DNA from: Malacoraja senta
Lineage: Eukaryota
Direction: 5' to 3'
DNA: 64,000 bases
NCBI GenBank assembly: GCA_038087875.1
Contig: CM075989.1
Location: 23,872,001 to 23,936,000 of the forward strand
The position numbers were made by a program, and so were the translations under genes. Below the pieces are notes generated by a model, which was given only the letters and a program-made list of their open reading frames with translations, had not been told where the DNA came from and did no database searches. Below, one piece after another: positions 53,129-64,000 of the stretch (its first letter is position 1; the number at the start of each line of letters is the position of its first letter).

Positions 53129-54455
53129 GCCCGGCCATCTCTGTGTCCCTCTGCCAGCCCTTGCTCCTTGCATTCAACATTTCTAGCTTCCCCCCAATTA
53201 CACTGTGCAACTAGCCTTTGGGTGGGTTGCCGGTCCCACTGACTGATGAGCCTGCGGACAGATAACTGGTCACGACAACCAACAAGCCTTGGGGCGAGGT
53301 CCTGCTGAACGAGCCTTCCAGATGTCAAGGAGCAGTTTGGAAAATTCTTCAATGCGTCTCATTTGCTTGCATTTATTTATAATTAAAATGGTTTACAGAT
53401 ACGAGAAGTTGTCCAAATCTAGTGATTTGCAGTACATAAATTGGAATGCCTTTTAACAGACTTCATCCCCTTCCAAGTGGAAACTGATTGTAAAGGGGAT
53501 GTCTGGTAATAAAAACTCAAGTGGCAACTAACGAGCTGTACATAACCCTGACCATGTCGGCACACAATGAATGGAACTGTTGATTCTTGGCCCTTGAGTA
53601 TATGTTCCCCTTGAACTTGCAATTTCTTTGAAGAAGTCAACCAAAAAAAATGTTAGCAGTTGTGCCTGAATAAATAAATAGGTACCAGTTCATGGTGCAG
53701 TAATCAACCCTGTATTTTTTGCGTATACATCACACCATTCTATTTTGTGAAAGCGATCAAACATCTAACATTTCATTTCCCTTCTTTCAAATTAAAAAAG
53801 GATGCAGTTTATGAGAAGTTTTGTATCATTTTTTGATACAAATATCTGCAAAGTTATTTATTGAGGTTTGCATTTCAACCTGAATAGCAACTCACGATTA
53901 AACATCAAGTCGGGCTTCAGAAAGCAAACGTCTTGCAATAAGACTTCTCAAGTAAACTTTCAAAGACTTTACGTAAGGTTTCCAACATTCCACTGTCGAC
54001 AAAAGTTGAGATTTTTTGCAGTTTTGAGGCCCACGTCAAACCTGTCAGAGGATTCAAACCGTTCCCTCCGAAGAAAGTTTAAATAAACGAGTCGTCACAG
54101 AACACTACTTGTTATTTCCAACAACTCTATCTGAAATTTGTATTATTTTTCAGCTTCACCTACCGGAACTGTTCAAAGAAACTGAATATTTACTTCTGTT
54201 GTCAGTACAACACTGACCAATCCATTGTATTCTCACTGCGGTAACTATGAAGGCTGAAAAATCTATCCATCTTAACAGCTGTCACAAAATTCCTGGAGGA
54301 ACATATTTGAAGAGGTCACCCCACTGGAATTCTTGTAAATGATGTACTGATTTCAGCTTGTACGAGGGAGTGGTTTGACATTGTAACAATCGTCACTTGG
54401 CACTTGGAAGTTTTTGTATCTTTTTGTGTTCATCATTATAGAACCACTATAATCA

Positions 54456-54483
54456 CTGAGGATGGGTCTCGACCCGAAACGTC
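54456..54483 (+). ncRNA. Minimal type I hammerhead ribozyme motif within a Penelope-like LTR fragment
   Basis: CTGAGGA-T-GGGTC-TC-GACCC-GAAACGTC gives the CUGANGA box, helix II, the GAAA box, a palindromic ACGU helix III and a GUC cleavage triplet. Confidence 0.6.
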
Positions 54484-57400
54484 ACCCATTCCTTCTCTCC
54501 AAAGTTGCTGCCTGTCCCGCTGAGTTCCTCCAGCATTTTGTGTCTACTCCAGAACCAGTGTTATGAGTCGCGTTGAAGGATAACAGCTGCTGCTTTACAA
54601 TCATAATTACTTCATCTAAGACCATATGCAGGAATTAACCTGCAGAAGATTGATTTTTGTTTTGTTTTGATGTTCCTGTCTTCAAGGAAAGACCACTGAC
54701 ATTGGGTGGGTTACAAGATTCCAGGATGCAATTATCAAGTCTGCCCAGAATCCCGATTCCAAGATATCAAAGGCTCTCTTCAACAAAGGCAATTGAACTT
54801 AGACACAACCTCTTTTAGAAGCACAGTCGTGTGTGGGCAATGATTTTAAATAACGGTAGTGGTTAGCATGCACAGGTTTCATTGCAATAATAACAAGGGC
54901 CTGGTGAGTAAAACAAAATCTGTATCTTTGGAACATTTTGCATTCTTTAGAATCTTATTATTGACTGTGTCGATTAATTGTGGAAATCGAGTTACCTGAA
55001 ATAGGTTCATAAGTTCTTGGAGCTGAATTAGGCCATTCGGCCCATCAAGTCTACTCCGTCATTCAATCATGGCTGATCTATCTCTCCCTCTCAACCCCAT
55101 TCTCCTGCCTTCTCCCCATAAGCCCTGACACCCGTAATGATCAAGAATCTGTCAATCTCTGCCTTATAAATACCAATTGACTTGGGATCATTGTAGTCTG
55201 TGGCAAAGAATTCCACAGATTCGCCACCCTCTGACTAAAGTAATTCCATCACATCTTTCTAAAGGTACAACCTTTCATTCTGACTTCTATGGCTTCTAGT
55301 CCCAGACTGTCCCACTAGTGGAAACATCATCTTCACATCTCTTGAAGTTGAGCACATCTCCAGAGGCAGAAGGCACCAGATCAATTGGTGTAGAGAGTGA
55401 GAACTCCATTATTTTATGATCGACACAAAAAGCTCAGCGGGTCAGATAGCATCTCTGCAGAGAAGGAATAGGTGATGTTTCGGAATGGGTGACGTTTCGG
55501 GTCAAAACATCACCCATTCCTTCTCTCCAGAGATGCTGCCTGTCCCGCTGAGTTACTCCAGCATTTTTAGTCTATCTTCGGTATAAATCAGCATCTGCAG
55601 TTCCTTCCTACACCAATATTTTATGTCCCATTCTTCAAAGGTTTGTCACAAGAATAACAAAAGAAAAAAAAAATTCTCTCCTGCTTCTCGTGAGCTCAAA
55701 GATGTTTTCAGCTGAGGAGAAAGTAGTCTTGAGATCAAGTAACTGCTACAATACAGGAAACATTTTTAAATCGGCAACAGCCATCAAAGCCTGGATGTGG
55801 TGAGGCTTCCCAGCACTCATGAAAGCTTGCATTTACAAGCTATTGGTTGGGTTGGAAACTGTAAAATACATTCTCCATGAACTACACTCCACACAAGGCT
55901 GAAGGGATGCTCTTACAGAAGTGTGTAAAATCATGATGAGAACAAGGGTTGGGGAATTGAGAACCAGAGGCCATGGGTTTGAGGTGAGAGGGACAATTCA
56001 ACCGGGTAACTGTTTCACTCGGAGGGTGGTGTGTGTATGGAACGAGCTGCCAGAGGAGGTAGTTGAGGCAGGGACTGTAACAACATTTGGGCAGGTGCAT
56101 GGATAGGAAAGATTTAGAGGGATGTGGGTGAATGGGATTAGTGTCGATGGGACATCTTGGTCCCCATGATGAATTGGGCCCTTCTTCTTCTTTTGTGTGG
56201 CGTGCACAGCCTAAAGTTGTTGGACAACTTGTTCTATTTGATCTTCCGTTTGTGCACGTCGAGTTTATTGCATCAGTCGAAACAGGGCGGACCACGTGAA
56301 GGTTGCAATCTTCCACCCCAATTGGGCCATTTGATGATTCTATTACTCTATGCATTTCTCCCCCAAAAGGAAGCCTGATCAATAGCAATTGTTCCATCAT
56401 GATTGCTTCATGCAGAAATCTTTGTTTGAAATAAATTACTCTTCAGAAGTTTACTTTAGAGATACAGTGCGTAAACAGGCCCTTCGGCCCACTGAGTCCG
56501 CGCCAACCAGCGATCCCGGCGCAACAACACTATCCAACAAACACTAGGGACAAATTGCAATTCTGCCAAGCCAATTAACCTACGTCTTCGGAGTGTGGGA
56601 GGAAACCGAAGCACCCGGAGAAAACCCACGCAGTCACAGGGAGAACATACAAACTCCGTACAGACAGCACCCGTAGTCAGGATCAAACCCAGGTCTCTGG
56701 CACTGTGAGGGAGCAACTCTACCGCTGCACCACTGTGTCACCAGTGGCTATGATCACCACCCATTGTAACTTAATTCTCACTTTGTTTTTTTCTATTGTT
56801 ATTTTCCATGTTGTGTATCTCTGCCCTTTTGCAGAATATGTATCTATTTGAAGACGCCACAAATCTCTTTCCCCTGCTGTCAGGCGGACTGGCTGGTCCC
56901 TAAGTGCAATGCCCATGACTTTGCTGAGGAGATGCTTGCACCATCAATTGTGTCGAAGAGTCAAAGGGGCCAGATGTGATTCACGAGACAGGTCTTTCCT
57001 GCTGCCACTGTCAGATGTCGACACACTGTGTGCAGTAGAGTGGACATCAAAGATATTTGGCCTCAAGCCATTTGGTGTGAAGGGAGGCCTCTGTTCTCCT
57101 TCCAGGTGTTCTCCAAGTTCTGCCGAGGCTGGTAAGTGCTTCCTGTCTTGAGGATAAATCTGGAGACACTGCCATACTTGCAGCTGGACCAAAGCTGTTG
57201 TATGAATGAAGTCTGTGATAGTCGTGTGCCCAAGGTCATGCAACAGTTCAGGACTGGCCTGACCCTTCTTGCAAGGATGTTTTTCAGAGTCATTGAGGGT
57301 CTTTGCCGCTCCACATTTACAGCCCTGGTAAAAAGTGCTCAATAACAGATTGAATTGATATGGTATCTGTCGGATTCTTGATTAGTACAAATATCAGAGG

Positions 57401-58926
57401 TTATGGGGAGAAGGCAGGAGAATGGGGATAGGAGAGAGAGATCAGCCGTGATTGAATGGCGGAGTAGACTTGATGGGCCAAATGGCCTAATTCTACTCCT
57501 ATCCCTTATGACCTTATGACCTATTAATTCTTTCCGTCCTCAGCTTAAACCAATGACCTCAGGTCCTCCATTCCCCAACTCTGGGCAAGAGACTGCGTCT
57601 ACCGAGTCTATTCCTCTCATGATTTTGTACACCTCTACAAGATCTGTCCGTATGACCTTAAGACTTAGGAAGGAACTGCAGATGCTGGCTTACACCAACG
57701 ATAGGCACAAAATGCTGGAGTAACTCAGCGGGTCAGGCAGCATCTCTGGAGAAAAGGAATAGGTGATGTTTTGGGTCGAGACCCTTCTTTAGACCAACTG
57801 CAGTCTGAAACAGGGTCTCCACCCAAATCGGCACCTAATCCTTTTCTCTAGAGATGTTGCCTGACCCGCTGAGTTACTCCTGCATTTTGTGTCTATCTTT
57901 TGAATGTGTATGCTATGTGTTAATGTGGTACCCTGAATCTTTCAAATGATTGCATTCCAGTACAATGTTTCAGCCGCTTTAGGAGACATTTAAGACATCT
58001 GCCAAACATCTTGGCCAAGAGTGAGGGCTTAACTAGAGTCTTAAAGGAGGGTGAGAGGAGATTTCGGACTGGGATTGAAGGAAGGTGAAGCCGTGTTTGT
58101 CATTGGTGAAGCAATCAAAGTTGTGGAAGTGGATCAATGATACTTTATTGTCTCATGTACCTCAGTGAAATCTTTTGTTTTGCATTAAATACAGTACAAT
58201 CATATTATACAAGTACAAAAGTGCAACAGAGTAGTGTAAGATTAGCAGACTTCATTGAGGCAGATCACAAACCTAGCAGGCCATACACTGTATACATGCA
58301 TCAAACGGAATGACATTTAGAGTCTTATCCCCAAAACTATCTCCATTTCAGCAGTGGCGAACACAATGGGACAGACCACATGTCATTCTGCAACAGAAGA
58401 TAGACACAAAGTGCTGGAGTAACTCAGCGGGCTATGCAGAAACATCCTGACCTGAAACGTCACCAATCCATGTTCTCCAGGGATGCTGCCTGACCCGTTG
58501 AGTTACTCCAACACTTAATGTCTCCGTTTTATTACTGTGTTGCCCCTTTACATATGCACGTTCTTCTTTGTTTCCTGCTGAACCTCCTTGAGCTAAAAGG
58601 CTTGTGTATTCATTGGCAAGTTGGAGGTAATTTTAACCAAACTGGGTGGGTGAGAAACCCACAGACTTTGTAACACCCCACCCAATGACGACTCTTTGCT
58701 GACCTCAATGGAGAGGAGAAAGGTGGGCAGTGAAACGTGTTTTGTTTGCAGAATCATTTGTTTCCTCACTGGAATGTTGGCAAAGCGATGGATTAATTTA
58801 GAATTCTCTTCTCTTTTAGAACTGGGCTTGTATTATTTTTGTGTGTGTGGGGGGTAAAGTTCTTGCACAGTACTTGAGTGAATTTTATCTAAAACTTGAT
58901 TGCTAAAGGACGATTTGTGTGTGTTC

Positions 58927-59089
<163 letters not shown>

Positions 59090-59174
59090 TATGGAAATGC
59101 ACGGCATTAATGGGCTGACATGCCATTGTTCAATACACAATGTCTGATAGCTAATCATAATCATTTTTTAAAAC

Positions 59175-59668
59175 TTTTTTTTATTTTTTTTATTTTTTAT
59201 TAGAAGTATTGTGCAGTGCAGTGATCTCAAACAAACATAAAATTATACATTTCTTGTACCACTTCTTATTTTAAACTTTAATAAGAAAAAAGATAGAGAG
59301 AGTTAGCAGAGATAGTAAGTGAGTGAGTGAAAGAGTGGTCCAGGAAACCCCATAGGGACCTAAACCACAAGAAAGTGTTAAACAAAAAAAAACAAAAGAA
59401 GGAAAATGAAAAAAAAGTAAGATAAGATAAGACAAGATAAAAGGGATGTACCTACTTCATATCTTTACTCACCCCTCACCAGGTCCTGAAACCATTTACT
59501 CGCCAGGGCCTGAAACCATTTATTATCAACATTTTGTTGCACCCTATATTTGTAATAAGTCGATAAATGGAGCCCAAATCTTTTGGAATTGGTCTGGGTT
59601 ACCTGCTAAGAGGAATCTCATATCTTCTAGGTGTAACAGTTCCGACATATTAGAAATCCATATTTTTA
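59175..59668 (-). mobile_element. L1-clade LINE 3' end
   Basis: The minus strand encodes KIWISNMSELLHLEDMRFLLAGNPDQFQKIWAPFIDLLQI*, which resembles a fish L1 ORF2 C-terminus. A T-rich UTR and AATAAA/poly(A) follow. Confidence 0.65.
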
Positions 59669-62600
59669 TTTTATTTTAATCATAATTATAATCATACTTT
59701 ATTAGCCAAGTATGTTTTGCAACATACGAGGAATTTGATTTGCCGTACAGTCATACCAATAAACAGCAACAAAACACACAAAATACATTTTAACATAAAC
59801 ATCCACCACAGTGACTCCTCCACATTCCTCACTGTGATGGAAGGCGAAAAAAAGTTCAAATCTCTTCCCTTCTTTGTTCTCCTGTGGTCGGGGGCCTCGA
59901 GCCTTCGTTGAAGGGTCGATCGGCTCCCGCAACCGGCGGTTGAGCCCCCCGCATTGGGGCGATCAAGCTCCCGCATTAGGGGGGATCTCAGCTCCCCCGT
60001 GCCGGGCGATCGGACCCCGGGTCGGGGCGAGTCGAACTTCCTGCGGCTTGGAGCTTCCCGAAATCAGTCTCTACCCGAGACTGCGAGTTCCTCGATGTTG
60101 GAATCCGCAGGCCGCAGTTGGAGCGCCGATCCCAGGCAAGGGATCGCAGGCTCCGATGGTAAGTCCACAGCGCCGTGGTGGGAGTCAAAGTCAGTCTCAT
60201 GCAAGGCCTCCAGCTCCATGATGTTAGGCCGCAGAGCGACCGGAGATACAATCCAGAAAACAATCGCATCTCCGGCAAGGTAAGAAATTGAGAAAAAAGT
60301 TTCCCCCGACCCTCCCCCCCACCCCCACATAAAACAAACCATAGAACATTAACACAAACTTTTTAAATCACACAAAAAATAACAAAAAAGAGGAAAAGAC
60401 AGACAGACGAGGCAGCCATCGCTGACGGCGCCACCCGGTGGATGATACTTTATTAAGAATTATTCAAAATTATCTCCATTTCTGAAAAGGCAAGATATAA
60501 GGTTGGTGACGTGAGGGGTAATTTATTTCACACAGAGCAGTTGGAACTTGCCAATTGAGGAGGTGGTGGTGGAGGCAGATACGCTGGAAACAGGGAGGGT
60601 ACATCTCAACCAAGCACTTGCTTCATCACCAAGGCACTTCAGGCAATGGGTCGAATGCAGGTGAATGGGATTGGTATGTACGTTCACTTCAGTTTAGTTT
60701 ATTGTCCCGTGTACCGAGGTACAGTGAAAAGCTTTTGTTGCATACTATCCAGTCAGCGGAAAGACAATACGTGATTACAATCGAGCCATTTACATGGTAT
60801 ATATACATGATAAAGGGAATAATGTTTAGTGCAAGGAATGCCAGTAAAGTCTGAACACGGATAGTCTGAGGGTTCGATCCTGACTACGGGCGCTGTCTGT
60901 ACAGAGTTTGTATGTTCACCCCGAGACTGCGTGGGTTTTCTCCGGGTGCTCTGGTTTCCTCCCACACTCCAACCTCCAACGACATGCAGGTTTGCGGGTT
61001 AATTGGCTTCTGTGATTTGTCCCTAGTGTGTAGAGAGACACGGTGTGCCAACAGGCCTGTTTCCGCATTAAATGTACAACTGAATGGACATGGTAGGCAG
61101 TGGTTGGGCAATGTGACTGCTCTATCACTGAATCAACTTCCAGAACGATTTGCAGAGCTTAATACCAGAGTTTCACCCACTAGCACAGGCTTTTACCTGA
61201 CTCAGGCAGGTGGGACGTGTGTAGATTTGTATGTTCATAGGTTCTAGGAGCAGAATTAGGCCATTTGGCCCATCAAGTAATCTTTCCCACTAATGGAAGC
61301 ATCCTCTGCACATCCACTCTATCCAGGCCCTTCATTATTTGGTAAGTTTCAATGATGTACCCCCTCATCCTGATGGGGCATGTTAGTCGGCATGGACAAG
61401 TTGGGCCGAAGGGCCTGTGTTTGTGCTGTGTGATTCTATGAGGTAGCTGACAGCCTGCTGGGTCCAGGCAGCAGGGTGTGTGCGGAGGGCTTGTACCCAT
61501 CACTGTCTATGATGGAAGAGCTGACACACACCACACCTGTTGTCCTGCAGGCACGCATTCTGCTGCCGCCAGACCTCTGCACTCCTGCACGACAACTAGC
61601 TGCTAATGTACCGCAGCTCATTGCCACGGGGAGACAGGCAGCTACTGACGGCTGGTATCTCTGTGTCCGGTGAAGGCACGATTCAGCCTGGTACAAATGA
61701 TATCTCACTGGCCTGAGATCACAGTCATTCAATGGAGGGTGGTGACACTCTGCTCCAGAAAGTGAGCAGGTGACTAAACCAAACGTTATTCCATCATCAT
61801 GTATCTGTACACTGTAAATGGCTCGATTGTAATCATGTATTGTCTTTCCGCTGACTGGTTAGCGCGTAACAAAAGCTTTTCACAGTACCTCAGTCCGATC
61901 AAGGATAGTCCAAGTGTTTAAGAAGGAACTGCAGATGCTGGAAAAATCGAAAGTAGACAAAAAATACTGGAGAAACTCAGCGGGTGAGGCAGCATCTATG
62001 GAGAAAAGGAATAGGCGACATTTCGGGTCGAGACCCATCTTCAGACTGATGTCGGCGGGGGGAGGTGGGGGGGGTGGGAAAATGAAAGGAAGGGGCGGAG
62101 ACAGTAAGCTTTGTGGGAGAGCTGGGAAGGGGAAGGAGGGAGAAAGCAAGGACTACCTGAAATTAGAGAAGTCGATGTTCATACCGCTGGGGTGTAAAGG
62201 ATAGTCCGTGGGTCACCAATGAGGTAGATAGTAGTTCAGGACTTCTCTCTGGTTGTGGTAGGATGACATTCTGGTTGGTTGGACAGAAAATGGGAAATTA
62301 TATTAAATCTGGAGATATGTGAGTTAATGCTTCTGAAAGAATGGAATGGGACAAGGGACACATGGCAATAAACTAAACTAAACTAAACTGAACTACGGCA
62401 TGGTGTCCTGTTGCTCTCTGTGTGAAGGTGTTGAGCTGCCCCCATGTGGCAGGGATCTGATCCCCAGTTGGGTCAAATGAGATCACGTGGATGAGCTCAG
62501 ACTTTGTGTAGTCAGACGCAAAACGCTGGAGTAACTCAGTGGGTCAGGCAGCATCGCTGGAGAACATGGATAGGTGATGTTTCAGAGTGCTGGAGTAACT

Positions 62601-64000
62601 CAGCAGGTCAGGCAGGATCTCTGGGGAACATGGGCAGGTGACCACGCCTTTGCGGTTGCAGCTCCTAGACTGTGGAACAGCATCCCCCTTCCCATCAGAA
62701 CTGCCCCCTCCATCGACTCCATTAAGTCAAGACTAAAAACCTATCTATACTCCCAAGCCTTTCTTGACATCCTCTGAGCGAGGGCTATATGTATATATGT
62801 ATGTAATTTGTTTGTTTATACTATTCTTATAACAAATGTAAAGCACTTTGGCCAACGAGAGTTGTTTTTTAAATGTGCTATATAAATAAATGTGACTTGA
62901 CTTGACTTTTCGGGTCAAAACCCTTCATCAGACTGGACTTTGAATGGAGATGGTGCATTGCCGACGCACTCAGTGGGGGTGGGGAGAGTAGAGTCACTCC
63001 CAGCCCTTACCATGAAGTGTTTGTGGCATCCTGCATGCAGCACGCTGGGGGAAGGTGGAGGTGAACACTGCTCGCCATATGCATTAGGCCAGACATCGCT
63101 AACCGCATACTGGTCGACCCTGCCTGCATCCTCGTTAGCCTCCTACACATGTTATCTACACTTATGCTTCCAACATACTAGGGGCAATTTACAGAAGCCA
63201 ATCAACCTACAAACCTGTACATCTTTAGAGTGTGGGAGAAAACCGGAGCACCCGGAGAAAACCCACGCAGGTCACGGGGAGAACATACAAACTCCATACA
63301 GACAGCACCCATAGTCAGGATCGAACCCGTGACTCTGACGCTGTGAGGCAGCAACTCTACCGCTGCGCCACTGTGCCATCCCAGTTGTTGTTGTCACTGT
63401 GCTGACCCACACGGCTCATGTGTAAATTCCATATTCTATTATAATGGCTTAAATATTTCACATTGCTTCATCATCTTTTTTATCCGAGTTTAAAACAAGA
63501 GAAGAGGAAGATTGCAGTTTAGTTTAGAGATACAGCGCAGAAACAGGCCCTTCGGCCCACCGAGTCCGTGCTGACCAGCAATCCCCGCACACTAACACTA
63601 TCCTACACACACTAGGGACAATTTACAATTATACCAAGCCAATTAGCCTACAAACCTGCACACCTTTGGAGTGTGGGAGGAAACCGGAGATCCTGGAGAA
63701 AACCTACGCAGGTCACGGGAGAACATACAAACTCCGTACATTTGTGCCATAGAATTAATAGTCTTATAACATGACAACTCCATGGGGTGGGAGATTGCAA
63801 CCTTCATGTGGTCCCCCCTGTTTCGACTAATGCACTCAACCCGATGTGCACAAACAAATAGATCCAATAGAACAAGTTGACCTGCAACGTTAGGCTGTGC
63901 ATGCCACACGCAAGAAGAAGACAAGTCCATGAAAATTAATATCTGTTAAACAAACCGCTGCTTTAACAACCTGGCATTGGCCAACTGCTGGGAAGAGTAC

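Noticed and set aside
52618..53352. Long SSPLL and EERRG ORFs
   Set aside because: Translation of the (CTCCT)n microsatellite.
53460..53505. Hairpin CATCCCCTT...AAGGGGATG as a pre-miRNA
   Set aside because: The stem is too short and no mature miRNA sequence is recognised.

Overview
Eukaryotic, repeat-dense vertebrate DNA, most likely from a cartilaginous fish (skate/ray). This is inferred from about 20 HE1-like tRNA/V-SINE copies and many CR1 (HER1-like) 3' ends. Most of the window is TE debris: HE1-like SINEs, CR1, Rex1/Babar, L2 and L1 fragments, Penelope-like LTR pieces carrying minimal hammerhead ribozyme cores, PIF/Harbinger MITEs and simple repeats. Most ORFs in the supplied track are artefacts of these repeats. 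The notable items are: (1) an intact but strongly diverged, solitary histone H4 ORF (35030-35341, minus; 19 substitutions, 6 of 11 lysines lost); (2) a full-length Passport-like Tc1 transposon (8378-9984) whose start ATG is out of frame; (3) two ~1.04-kb non-autonomous DNA transposons with 7-bp TSDs in inverted orientation on either side of the H4; (4) a candidate two-exon 94-aa orphan gene ending ~1.1 kb upstream of the H4 on the same strand; (5) a dispersed, decayed repeat family with residual coding signal that I could not classify. No known multi-exon host gene was recognised. All family assignments are from recalled motifs, not database searches.
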